A DNA stretch of 42,906 nt, from the IMG/VR virus record IMGVR_UViG_3300032330_000669, positions 1-42,906 of that record. One strand, written 5' to 3'. This document shows positions 18,708 to 27,821 of the stretch, one piece after another. Source of the stretch: a virus (taxonomy: Duplodnaviria; Caudoviricetes). A program made the translations under genes and the position numbers. The notes beneath the pieces were generated by a model. That model was not told the DNA's origin. It searched no databases and saw only the letters and a list, made by a program, of their open reading frames with translations. Each line of letters opens with the position of its first letter. Position 1 is the first letter of the stretch.

Positions 18708-19399
18708 CTAATCAAAGGGATTTTTGGCATGGGTGGCATCTGTATATTCAAGTCCATCACCAATTCCAAAGCCAGCATTTTTTGCATTTATTCCAGACAA
18801 AGATAGTACGTCATTAGAATTTTTTGCCTTGCCACCACTAAATACACGAGCCTTCATATCTTCCCAAGCATTAGAAGATGCACTAGATTCTTTATCAAGA
18901 TCCACTCCCTGCAATGCAGCGAGGAATTTCTTTTCTTGACTATCTGATTCACGTTTAGCGACGAGGATTGCAGTAAGTTCTGGCATAGAAAGGTTATCTT
19001 CTAATTCTTCATAATCTTTCCATATTCCTAAAAGGAATAACTCAGACTCTAACCTTACTAGGTCTAGTTCTGACCAAGAATCCCCGTCGCCAGAGCGTTT
19101 CCCGAATCATCGAACTTAATTCCAGACGCTGCTTCAATTACCTTATAGACGCTTGGAAGGTCAATATTGTCTTCCAATTTTTCACGATCTACCGCAAAAT
19201 CTGGAGCATATTGCTTCATGGCAATCTGAACGCAGTCAATAAGGATATCCATTGACTTATCGTTATCTTCAGCAACTTGCTGAATGCTTTCAAACTTCTT
19301 CATAAATTCTCTAAGAAGTGAAATCTTTAATGGACGCATTTTTACTTTAGACCCATCAAGAAGTTCAATTTCTACTGTTTCATATACTGAAGTTGGCAT
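18708..19399 (-). CDS. Tail assembly chaperone, -1 frameshifted long form (G-T analogue)
   Basis: The -1 frame is open from the slippery site and reads ...RSGDGDSWSELDLVRLESELFLLGIWKDYEELEDNLS straight into the 18708..18986 ORF (MPELTAIL...). Confidence 0.85.
19064..19399 (-). CDS. Tail assembly chaperone, short form (G analogue)
   Basis: 111-aa ORF between major tail and tape measure; AAAGGA RBS. Confidence 0.85.
   Translation of the reverse strand: MPTSVYETVEIELLDGSKVKMRPLKISLLREFMKKFESIQQVAEDNDKSMDILIDCVQIAMKQYAPDFAVDREKLEDNIDLPSVYKVIEAASGIKFDDSGNALATGILGQN
19097..19103 (-). promoter_or_regulatory. Programmed -1 ribosomal frameshift slippery site G GGA AAC
   Basis: Canonical X XXY YYZ heptamer in the correct frame (TCG GGA AAC) near the end of the chaperone ORF. 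Confidence 0.88.
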
Positions 19400-19429
19400 T
19401 ATAGTCCTTTCATAACTATTATGAAAAGA

Positions 19430-19438
19430 ATTATATCA
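19430..19438 (-). promoter_or_regulatory. Extended -10 box TGATATAAT upstream of the tail chaperone
   Basis: Lies just after the terminator, 30 nt before the ATG. Confidence 0.6.
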
Positions 19439-19440
19439 TG

Positions 19441-19468
19441 ACGAAAGCCCCCCTGAAGACAGAGGGGC
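19441..19468 (-). terminator. Intrinsic terminator after the major tail gene
   Basis: GCCCCTCTG-TCTT-CAGGGGGGC 9-bp stem (one G-U pair) followed by TTTCGT. Confidence 0.75.
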
Positions 19469-19493
19469 CATCGACTATTAAGTTATTTTTAAA

Positions 19494-20171
19494 TTATGAT
19501 GCTGCTGCAACTGTGCGATCAACAATCTTGCCGTATGAGCCGTTGTTTGCTGGAAGCAAACGGAATGAAACGTCAAACATAGAGGCTGCATCACGCTTTG
19601 CATTTACTGTAACATTGTCGATTGACAATGCACGGTAAGCAACATAGATACGCTCAATGTAATTGCCAGGAGCACAATCTCCTGTGCCTGGGCCTACTGC
19701 AATGAGTCCACGCTCAACTGGACATTCTCCAATTTCACCTGACTTTAGATTAAGAACGCTAGCGTCAGCCATTGTTCCGTCTTCTAGTGGGTTGTCAAGT
19801 TGTGTGTCTGAAGTAAGATCTGTTGATGATGCTGCAATAGCAACGAGAAGGTTCTCAAGTGTGGCTTCTGCGAAAGAAGTCTTAAGATCTACCTTCATGG
19901 CTTGCTTGTATAGTTTTGCAACGTCTAGCAACTGATCAACGTTTACCTCACCGAAATTTGGCTGGAACATTATTTCAAGACCATTGCTTGTGTAACCAAT
20001 GTTGCGAACAACAGTAGTGGCATCGCTAAGTGTTTCGTTGTACTTTACTCCACCTTCAAAATCTGGAAGGGTTGGGCTTGCATTTGTTGGATCAAATTCA
20101 GCATCAACGCTGACGAACAATGCTGCTGCGCCAACGATGATTTGCTTTGAATCACCACGGGTATATGCCAT
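19494..20171 (-). CDS. Major tail (tube) protein
   Basis: IIVGAAALFV, IGYTSNGL and FAEATLENL motifs typical of siphovirus tube proteins; GAGGTG RBS; followed by a terminator. Confidence 0.88.
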   Translation of the reverse strand: MAYTRGDSKQIIVGAAALFVSVDAEFDPTNASPTLPDFEGGVKYNETLSDATTVVRNIGYTSNGLEIMFQPNFGEVNVDQLLDVAKLYKQAMKVDLKTSFAEATLENLLVAIAASSTDLTSDTQLDNPLEDGTMADASVLNLKSGEIGECPVERGLIAVGPGTGDCAPGNYIERIYVAYRALSIDNVTVNAKRDAASMFDVSFRLLPANNGSYGKIVDRTVAAAS

Positions 20172-20238
20172 ATTTTTTCACCTCTTCTGTTTTATTTGAT
20201 TTGGCGGCTTGTTTCCTCATTATAATTATATAGTATTT

Positions 20239-20733
20239 TTATGAAAAGAAGGAATCTGTAAAATGATATTCTGCTTCAACAATAAATTGAGTAATATAGA
20301 ATGGTCTGGTACTGAAGTTTCTATTTATTGAAGAATCTTCTTGGTATACCCTCAAATTATGGAAATATACTTTATAAGGATTTCCAGCATTCCTGTTCCA
20401 CTCATTTATATCTTGAGCAGCATCATCATATCTATCAAGAATATACTGAATAGCCAATCCCCACTGCAATGTCTCAATATCTTTTGCCTTAACATTATAA
20501 ATAATGTGATCTTTTTTAATTGGATAGAAGGGATTTGGTGTGGTTCTCATAATTCTATCGTAAATAACGTATGCCTTATTTTCCCATCCCGCCCCACTTG
20601 CAGAATCGCTAAGTGGGAAAAATGGAACGGTAGAGCCATAACTAGCCTCAAAAGTTGGTTCAATTTGCTTAATAGTATCCCAAAGATATCCATTAACAGC
20701 CAAGACTGGTAAGGTTAAATCAGAAAGACTCAT
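20239..20733 (-). CDS. Probable tail terminator protein
   Basis: Size and position directly before the major tail gene. Confidence 0.6.
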   Translation of the reverse strand: MSLSDLTLPVLAVNGYLWDTIKQIEPTFEASYGSTVPFFPLSDSASGAGWENKAYVIYDRIMRTTPNPFYPIKKDHIIYNVKAKDIETLQWGLAIQYILDRYDDAAQDINEWNRNAGNPYKVYFHNLRVYQEDSSINRNFSTRPFYITQFIVEAEYHFTDSFFS

Positions 20734-21404
20734 TCTATAACAACTCCAGAAATACTAAGATATTTTCTTCCTGCCTTTACCCCAACAGATTTTCCGCCTT
20801 TTGTTCCAGCAGCAAAATTTTCTGCAAACTCTTTGGCATTTGAAAGTTGTTCTAGGAATCCTTCTAACAATGAATTTTTAAAATAGTTATTAAAAAAATC
20901 ATCAACAGCATTGCCAAAACTGCCAGCAACTTCATCTCCACCAGGATGGTCTACATAAATAGAATTTCTTGTAAATACCATTTCTCCATTATTCTCAAAA
21001 GCAAGAACATCTGAATTCTTTGGTCTAATGATTATTTCTATTGCATTTTCCATAACATTTGCTTTATCTGGAAAAGGAGCCTCTGAATTTCTGCTTATGC
21101 TTTTGGATGGAAGAAATTTTCCAGTAATAACGATATTAGTTTTTGTTGGGGCAACGTTAAAACTGAAAAGCCTTGATGGTTGTTCGCCAACAGCATCCCA
21201 TTCATAAACGTGATGAAGGCTTTGTGGATTCATTCTAGCCTTTGCATCAATGTATTTTCCTAGTGCTTCAACCGTATACCCGCCTAGAATTCTATTAAAT
21301 TCTATTCTTTCTATTTCTACTCCTTCAATAAACCCATTGCCATAACTTATAGAATTTTTTAAAATTTGATTGAGGCTTGTGCTGTTTACAGTTGAAGAAA
21401 TCAT
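20730..21404 (-). CDS. Neck / tail completion protein (HK97 gp10-like position)
   Basis: Connector-block position; IRPK...LAF...VDHPG motif is common in such proteins. Confidence 0.55.
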   Translation of the reverse strand: MISSTVNSTSLNQILKNSISYGNGFIEGVEIERIEFNRILGGYTVEALGKYIDAKARMNPQSLHHVYEWDAVGEQPSRLFSFNVAPTKTNIVITGKFLPSKSISRNSEAPFPDKANVMENAIEIIIRPKNSDVLAFENNGEMVFTRNSIYVDHPGGDEVAGSFGNAVDDFFNNYFKNSLLEGFLEQLSNAKEFAENFAAGTKGGKSVGVKAGRKYLSISGVVIE

Positions 21405-21880
21405 GTTGTTAGTTCTCCCTGAATATCAGAGCGTTCTAGTTGAATCTTATAATATTCAATAGTGTTGAATGGACCGACAAATGGCTGGTTTGCTTTAATT
21501 TCATATATTGTTGGTTCTCCCTCATATCCAGAAACTGTTTCTATAAAAAAGGAATCATCTGTTTCTAGTCCACGAATATTCTTAACCAAAATATGTGATA
21601 CTGGATAGTATTCTCCAGTTGAAGATTTTCTTAAATCTGTTTGCGTTCTACCATATAGCATTGTCTCTAATTTGAAAAATTCATTGCCAACTCTTCTAGA
21701 AGAATCAAAAGTAAAATTCTCATCATTTGCCTTGTCGCTAATTGAGAAAATTGAACAGTGTTCTGTTCTATCAAGCATCCATTGTTTTGTCATTTTTCCA
21801 TATTGATCTTGTTCTTCATATGCATAATAAACATCAACGTGCATAGGGAAAAATAAACTATAGCATGGTGCTAGCCTCAT
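21401..21880 (-). CDS. Probable head-tail stopper
   Basis: QDQYGKMTKQW N-terminal motif; follows the adaptor gene. Confidence 0.65.
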   Translation of the reverse strand: MRLAPCYSLFFPMHVDVYYAYEEQDQYGKMTKQWMLDRTEHCSIFSISDKANDENFTFDSSRRVGNEFFKLETMLYGRTQTDLRKSSTGEYYPVSHILVKNIRGLETDDSFFIETVSGYEGEPTIYEIKANQPFVGPFNTIEYYKIQLERSDIQGELTT

Positions 21881-22821
21881 TACAACACCCCAAGACGATA
21901 AATTGGTCTAACATAAGCAGAAAGGATCTTGTCAGCAATTCTATTTCCAGTATCCTTAAATGCTAATGCATCAAACTTAATGTTAAACTGATCACTCTTA
22001 TATTCTGAAATATATTGATTAACGTATGGAAGATTGTTGCACTTAATATCATTAATAATTAATGACGCTGCCTGCTTAATGTCGTGAGGGATAATAGGCC
22101 ATCCAACTTCTGCATAAATTTGATAATCCCATCCATTTGGAAATGATGGGGTTCCAGCGGCATCCATAATGATATTTGGTGAATCATTGGTATTATACAT
22201 AGTAAATGAGTCTGATGAGGGGATCTGTGGTCTTACTGATCTACCCTGCTTTCTGTCCCAAGCCCCTGATTGAACAACGGCGATTGTTGCTTGATCAACA
22301 GTAATAAAATAATCTCTTAAATTTGTAAAAGTTGGATCTTCTGCATTGTATACAAGAACATTGTTTTCATATACCTGAAGAATTTTATTGAGTCGATATG
22401 GAAGAGAAAGATAGTCTGCTCCCGTTCCTACTGCCTCAACCCTTTGCAATTGATATAAAAAGCCACCCGTAATTGAATTAATGATTGAACGGGCAATCAT
22501 TTCATAGTCGGTTATATCCTGTAATTCTTCTTCAGTTTCTGCCAATGAACTAGGGATAACATATGGGCGCATAATTGTGAGGGTATCAAAAAGCACCAAC
22601 GTATCAGAATCATCATAAATCTCTAGTCTATACTCATCGTCATACTTAGAAAAATAATTAGATAATGTAATTGCTAGATTGCCGTCTTCATCACTTGTTG
22701 CCTGTATTGTATCTACTAAGATTGAATGATCGTCAACAATTACCACAGTGTAGTCAGCATCTGCTGAAAGGCCATCGTAATTTGCAACTAATGGAAAAGG
22801 TTCTAATCTAGCAATCTCCAT
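21880..22821 (-). CDS. Probable head-tail adaptor with an extra N-terminal beta domain
   Basis: IPHDIKQAASLII and ADKILSAY motifs typical of gp6/gp15-like adaptors. Confidence 0.7.
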   Translation of the reverse strand: MEIARLEPFPLVANYDGLSADADYTVVIVDDHSILVDTIQATSDEDGNLAITLSNYFSKYDDEYRLEIYDDSDTLVLFDTLTIMRPYVIPSSLAETEEELQDITDYEMIARSIINSITGGFLYQLQRVEAVGTGADYLSLPYRLNKILQVYENNVLVYNAEDPTFTNLRDYFITVDQATIAVVQSGAWDRKQGRSVRPQIPSSDSFTMYNTNDSPNIIMDAAGTPSFPNGWDYQIYAEVGWPIIPHDIKQAASLIINDIKCNNLPYVNQYISEYKSDQFNIKFDALAFKDTGNRIADKILSAYVRPIYRLGVL

Positions 22822-22823
22822 TA

Positions 22824-23297
22824 TTACTTTCCGTAATAAGTGGCAACTTCTTCTGGGGTTGCGATTCTAGTATCCCTGCGAGTAAGCCACTTTTCGGAAG
22901 CCTCCTTAGAAACAATGTTATACCCAGGCGTCAAACGACCAACGTTTTCCCAAAAAATGCTCTTTGGTGACCAAATAGCAACCTTATCTGAAACTTCTTT
23001 CTTTTCTTCCTGAACAGTGGGCTTTGCTCTACTTGCAGCCTTTGATGCTATAACACTATCATTGTTTTCTGCTAAATTAGATTGTGGCACTCTTTCTGGA
23101 ATAATAGAAATAATTGCTGTAACTTCTTTTGTATCCTCTTCTGCTACTGCCTCTGATGCCTCACCAATTTGTGATTCTGTCCCTGTTAGAACTGCAAGAA
23201 TACTTGTCTTTGTCTTTGCTTCCCCAAGATCAATACCGTTGATTTCGGCATACTCCTTTAATTCTCTTGCGGTCATTTCTGAAAAATTCTCTGACAT
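22824..23297 (-). CDS. Capsid-associated hypothetical protein with an N-terminal HeH/Rho-N-like motif
   Basis: Start moved to ATG 23297 (AAGGAGG RBS); FSEMTARELKEYAEINGIDL...KTKTSIL helix-extension-helix pattern. Confidence 0.65.
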   Translation of the reverse strand: MSENFSEMTARELKEYAEINGIDLGEAKTKTSILAVLTGTESQIGEASEAVAEEDTKEVTAIISIIPERVPQSNLAENNDSVIASKAASRAKPTVQEEKKEVSDKVAIWSPKSIFWENVGRLTPGYNIVSKEASEKWLTRRDTRIATPEEVATYYGK

Positions 23298-23314
23298 AAA
23301 AACCTCCTTTTGCA

Positions 23315-23323
23315 ATTATATCA
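23315..23323 (-). promoter_or_regulatory. Extended -10 box TGATATAAT downstream of the capsid terminator
   Basis: TGATATAAT followed by AAGGAGG and ATG 23297. Confidence 0.6.
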
Positions 23324-23328
23324 GAATA

Positions 23329-23367
23329 TGTTTAAGGGAGGCAGTTTTTAGGCTGCCTCCCCAAACA
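23329..23367 (-). terminator. Hairpin/terminator after the major capsid gene
   Basis: GGGAGGCAG-N8-CTGCCTCCC perfect 9-bp stem, extendable with TGTTT/AAACA; weak U tract. Confidence 0.7.
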
Positions 23368-23381
23368 CCATCAATTATTTA

Positions 23382-24524
23382 TCATGATGTAAATACATTT
23401 GTATCTGCGTAAGCAACTGCATCAAGTTCTTCCCATGTAAGACCAAAACGAACGAATACTGTGTATTCAATTGTGTCCTTCTTGGGCTTGTATTCACGGT
23501 TGACTGTGATATCGCGCTGGAAGCCCCATACACGGTTCTGTGGGAATGTAAGATCTACATAATCCGCAGGGTAGTAGGGAACTTCCTGAACATCAATGCC
23601 AAGAACGCGAGTGGTACGAGCGCCACCGAATGTCTGGCCCATGCCTGAGAGGTAATCCTCACGGCGTTGGGGTGTACCAGAAACACGGGGGTCAAGTGCT
23701 GATGCGATTGCGTCAGCAAGTGTACCATTGTGCTTGACAATGTTTGCGAATACATCTGTGCCTGCGTAGAACTTGAGGCCAGACTTGATTGCACGGTACT
23801 TGCGAGGTAATGCATAGATGATCTGCTGCATTACTTCGGGTGTCCATCCACTTGTTACGTCAACAACTGCTTCGTGAGACTCAGTTCCGAACTGAACCTG
23901 CTTTACGAAACCAGTCATGATTCCCAAGAATGGATCGGCACCTCCGTTGCCATTAATGGCAAGATCCTCAAGGTCGTTACCAAAAGCGTTTGTCATTAAA
24001 CGAACTAGGTGATCTTCAAGTGAGGAGCCTTCGATATTATCTTCAAGTGCCTCAGTTGAAACCTCCCAGTCAAGACGGATCTTCTTTGTAGTAAGTTCTA
24101 CCTTTGTGAATGTTGCACCAGCATTTGTATACTCGCCAAGAGCCTGTGCAGCAGCGCGAATAACACGCTCTCCAACATTGACCTTCTCAAGTTCAATCGT
24201 GTTTGCACGCATTGTAACTCTACGACCGTCTTGGGCGAGAACTGTTGCGTCCCAAACATAGTCGATAAAACGACGAGACTGCTCGGGATTTAGGATGCCA
24301 CCAGGAACTCCGCTTGGATTAACTGCGTTTGGTCCTGATGTTGATCCATAATTTGCATTAGGAATGTTGCCTGGAGTTCCCCAAGCATCGCCTCCCATTA
24401 CTGGATCAGTACCACCAATGCCTAGGTTAGCAATAGCACCCTGTCCTTGGTATAGACCTGGATTTGGGTTACCGTACTCACCACTCTCGCTTGGTTGGTT
24501 CTTTTCTAGAATTTCTTCTGTCAT
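23382..24524 (-). CDS. Major capsid protein (HK97 fold)
   Basis: GGILNPEQSRRFID, EVSTEALEDNIEG and DLEDLAING motifs; AGGAGGTGA RBS; follows the protease gene. Confidence 0.93.
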   Translation of the reverse strand: MTEEILEKNQPSESGEYGNPNPGLYQGQGAIANLGIGGTDPVMGGDAWGTPGNIPNANYGSTSGPNAVNPSGVPGGILNPEQSRRFIDYVWDATVLAQDGRRVTMRANTIELEKVNVGERVIRAAAQALGEYTNAGATFTKVELTTKKIRLDWEVSTEALEDNIEGSSLEDHLVRLMTNAFGNDLEDLAINGNGGADPFLGIMTGFVKQVQFGTESHEAVVDVTSGWTPEVMQQIIYALPRKYRAIKSGLKFYAGTDVFANIVKHNGTLADAIASALDPRVSGTPQRREDYLSGMGQTFGGARTTRVLGIDVQEVPYYPADYVDLTFPQNRVWGFQRDITVNREYKPKKDTIEYTVFVRFGLTWEELDAVAYADTNVFTS

Positions 24525-24560
24525 TTGACTTTCACCTCCTGAAATTTTTCTTTCTGTTTA

Positions 24561-25169
24561 TTAAAATAGGTCGGCATTTGTGAGGAAACGACCGCCCCAC
24601 GCAGATTTCTCTACGATTGTTGGTACTTCCTGCAAGATCTCGCCAAGATCAGCAGACTTACGGAAAGCGGTGTCCTTTTCCACAGCATCCACTCGCTTAC
24701 CAAAACTATCCCTTACTTCATTTACCTCTGTGCTTAATCCAGCGACAGACTTATTAATGCCTTCAATCTTGGCATCTAGAGCCTTTACTGTCTCAGCAAG
24801 AGTGGAAAGTGCAGATGCAACAGTTGCTGTGATTTCTGAAATTGATTTTGCAACTTCAGCAGAATCATCAGCCTTGCCCATGCCATAGCACTTTTGGCAC
24901 ATTCCATCCTTCATGTCAGAGGATGAACATGACATTCCGCATTCCTTGCAATTAGCCATACCCTTTTGTGTCTCTGTTTCTTCTTCAGCGGGAGCCTCAG
25001 TGGACTCGTGTGCTGCGCCTTCTTCATCGACCATGCTTGCCTTGCCAACAACTTCTGACTGAGTGTTGTCATTTGCATGTGTAGGAACGGCATCCTGAGC
25101 GGCTGGCTCAACAACTGTTTCGCTCATGCTCTTCTCAATTTCATCTACTACAATAATGTTTGATTCCAT
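24561..25169 (-). CDS. Putative nested in-frame scaffold protein (202 aa)
   Basis: In-frame ATG at 25169 with GAGGAGGT 7 nt upstream and GGTATAAT at 25261-25268. Confidence 0.6.
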   Translation of the reverse strand: MESNIIVVDEIEKSMSETVVEPAAQDAVPTHANDNTQSEVVGKASMVDEEGAAHESTEAPAEEETETQKGMANCKECGMSCSSSDMKDGMCQKCYGMGKADDSAEVAKSISEITATVASALSTLAETVKALDAKIEGINKSVAGLSTEVNEVRDSFGKRVDAVEKDTAFRKSADLGEILQEVPTIVEKSAWGGRFLTNADLF

Positions 25170-26153
25170 CTTGCTTACCTCCTCTACCTGTGATTTACTA
25201 ATCGCATTAACTTTTTCTAATGAAGAAATATTTTTAATAACGCGACGATTGCTTGGTATCATTATACCGTCATTTTGTGAATAAGCCTTTATAATAACCA
25301 CTGGATCATCTGATTTAGCCACATATGCTATTTCTTCAGATGAAAGTCTTGCCCCACCATGAAATATTATTTGATCTACCTTGCCAAATCCCTCATCAAA
25401 ACTGACATAAGATCCTTCTTCAATACCCTTTTGAATATAAGTCTTTTTGGCATCAGCAACAATTGACTTTACGACTGAAGCCTTGTCTGAATCATTGCTT
25501 TCAACAAATCCAATATTATGCATTGACTTATCGCATTGTGGACAAGAAGATGAAGAATCATCTGATAAACGAACAATATCATCTGCATTACACCAAAAAA
25601 CATTCTCAATTACTGCCTTGGCAAGATAACCTGTCATTTCTCCCTTTTCAATGCTAAGAACATTTGCAAATTGATTTGCAGGATTATCTACCAAGGATAA
25701 TTCGCTCAATGAATATTCCTTAATTACCTGATAAGACTTCCCAAGAGTCTCATCATAAACCTTTTCTGAATCATGAATCTCTCCACCAATTGAGAATCCA
25801 GTAAGCGTTCCATCAAGAACTTTTTCCCAAGTATCTTGAGCACCCTTGCTTACATAAGCAGAAACGTAAACCCCATTATAAAACTTCTTTGACTGTTGAT
25901 CAAAATACTTGTCTTCTTTAAAAGAAACAATCTTGCCTACAGCCTTTGGCTGATGCATTTCACGAATATTTCCACGGAATGTTTCAAATGCTTTAATGCT
26001 TGCTTCAGCAGGAACAACATCTCCCTGACGATCAAGATTATCAAGTGTAGCAAAACCAGAAACGATACGACGTTCCCTATCTACCTTTGCAATAGGCATT
26101 GATAGTCTAATGGAGCCATTATCAGTTGACCATGCGGCCTTATTAATATCCAT
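24561..26153 (-). CDS. Prohead protease fused to Cys-rich segments and a C-terminal scaffold
   Basis: RIVSGFAT...DRQGDVV, REMHQ (His), GFSIGG (Ser) and ELSLVDNPAN are HK97-type protease motifs; acidic, coiled-coil C-terminus. Confidence 0.9.
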   Translation of the reverse strand: MDINKAAWSTDNGSIRLSMPIAKVDRERRIVSGFATLDNLDRQGDVVPAEASIKAFETFRGNIREMHQPKAVGKIVSFKEDKYFDQQSKKFYNGVYVSAYVSKGAQDTWEKVLDGTLTGFSIGGEIHDSEKVYDETLGKSYQVIKEYSLSELSLVDNPANQFANVLSIEKGEMTGYLAKAVIENVFWCNADDIVRLSDDSSSSCPQCDKSMHNIGFVESNDSDKASVVKSIVADAKKTYIQKGIEEGSYVSFDEGFGKVDQIIFHGGARLSSEEIAYVAKSDDPVVIIKAYSQNDGIMIPSNRRVIKNISSLEKVNAISKSQVEEVSKMESNIIVVDEIEKSMSETVVEPAAQDAVPTHANDNTQSEVVGKASMVDEEGAAHESTEAPAEEETETQKGMANCKECGMSCSSSDMKDGMCQKCYGMGKADDSAEVAKSISEITATVASALSTLAETVKALDAKIEGINKSVAGLSTEVNEVRDSFGKRVDAVEKDTAFRKSADLGEILQEVPTIVEKSAWGGRFLTNADLF

Positions 26154-26186
26154 ACTATTTCCTATTATACACCTTTTATTAAATTG

Positions 26187-27821
26187 TTATGAGGTTTTTG
26201 CGCCTTCGCCTTTAGGATTGCGTCCAGTCACAGCACCAGCACCATCTGACTGATTATTGGATCTTTCTGCATCCCTTTGACGATTCTGTGCAGTATTTGC
26301 TTTAGCATCTGCTGCTTGACGAGGATTTAATTCAAGTGGTTGATCTCCACCATCTAATTGTGAATAACCAATCTTCTCTCTTGCCTCATTTGGAACAATA
26401 ATCTTATTCTTGACATAACGCTCAAGGATTTGTGATTGAGCAATCTCATCAGTAAGAGTAAGTTCATTAAATTTAAGTTCTACAAGATCAGTTTTTTCTT
26501 TAATAATCTTATTAAGAATTTTCTCCAAGTATTGTTGTGCTGGACGAGATACTTGTTCTTTAAATGTACGATCTTGTGTCATGGCTGCTGCAACTGCTGC
26601 TCCATCTACCCCGCCCAACTTAGACAATGGAACCTGATGGGCCATAAGAATGTCATCACGATTCTGACGACGATACTTTTCAAATGAAGCCTCTTGTACG
26701 CCAGACTCAATTGGATGCATCTCAAATTCAATCTTACTTCCTTCGCTATCTCCAGGAAGCGGAATGTAAAGTGTACGATGGCTTTGTCCCTTCAATCCCG
26801 TTTGCAAGAATCTAAATAGTTTATCTTCTGCTTCTGGAGTTAACTTGGCACCCTTTACGGTAACAATATATCGTGGAACAGCCTTATTTTCAAAATAATC
26901 AATATTGTATTGAGCAGCCATTTGGTCACCAACGAGGGAAGTCATTGATGCAACAATGTCTGGAATACCATAAAATGTATTAAGGGGAGAGTATTCTTTG
27001 ATATGAATAATTTCATTGGGACGAGGATCATCAGTAATAGGATTAGGATTAGTAGCACCAAAATTACGAAAGTATACAATCGTACCTGCAATAATCTGAA
27101 TGTATCCGTCACGAACACGACGAACTCTCATTGTTGTTGACGGAATGTGTCCAATGTATCCGATATCTCCCGCAACAGTTCGTCCAACTTCAATATAACC
27201 ATTTCCAGTAGCCTCAAGATCTGTCACCACCTTTTCCATAGTTTTTGTAAAACTATCTTCGTCGTTGCATGATTCAAGCCATTCAGTTAATTCAATCTTA
27301 AGTCTTTCAATTCTTTTCTTTGCCGCACTCTTTGATTTTTCATTTTCTACCGAATCAAGTTTCATTACTGTTGTTGCAGTCATTTGAAAGTTATATCCAA
27401 GGCCAACAGTATTTGATACCTTGGCATCAATGGCGGCATGGTTAGCAAATGAGGTATCGTAATAGGAAGAAAGTTCATACATGTTGTATGGGGGAGTAAT
27501 TACATCAAAGATTCCATAGCCATTACGATATACCTGACCAGGATTAATTCTCTTTGAATTCGCTCCATTTTTACCAGCGGGTTGGGCCATTGCTGAATTT
27601 ATGTAACTTTGTGCAATTTGACCATCTGCCTGACGAGGAACCTGATTTACTGTTGTATTTGCTTTCTCTACTCTTGTGGTCTTTCTTTTAAAATTTGTGG
27701 AAACACCTCTAAGATCTCTCAGTTCTTCCCAAGACTTTGCAAATGGATCTAGGTTAGCAAATGGCTCTTCTCTATTATAAGTAGACATTCTTGCTTCAAT
27801 ATAACTTTCAATGTCTTCCAT
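26187..27821 (-). CDS. Portal protein (PBSX/HK97-like)
   Basis: DLEATGNGYIEV, NEIIHIK, FYGIPD, YFENKAVP, ILMAHQVP and PNEAREKIG motifs. Confidence 0.93.
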   Translation of the reverse strand: MEDIESYIEARMSTYNREEPFANLDPFAKSWEELRDLRGVSTNFKRKTTRVEKANTTVNQVPRQADGQIAQSYINSAMAQPAGKNGANSKRINPGQVYRNGYGIFDVITPPYNMYELSSYYDTSFANHAAIDAKVSNTVGLGYNFQMTATTVMKLDSVENEKSKSAAKKRIERLKIELTEWLESCNDEDSFTKTMEKVVTDLEATGNGYIEVGRTVAGDIGYIGHIPSTTMRVRRVRDGYIQIIAGTIVYFRNFGATNPNPITDDPRPNEIIHIKEYSPLNTFYGIPDIVASMTSLVGDQMAAQYNIDYFENKAVPRYIVTVKGAKLTPEAEDKLFRFLQTGLKGQSHRTLYIPLPGDSEGSKIEFEMHPIESGVQEASFEKYRRQNRDDILMAHQVPLSKLGGVDGAAVAAAMTQDRTFKEQVSRPAQQYLEKILNKIIKEKTDLVELKFNELTLTDEIAQSQILERYVKNKIIVPNEAREKIGYSQLDGGDQPLELNPRQAADAKANTAQNRQRDAERSNNQSDGAGAVTGRNPKGEGAKTS

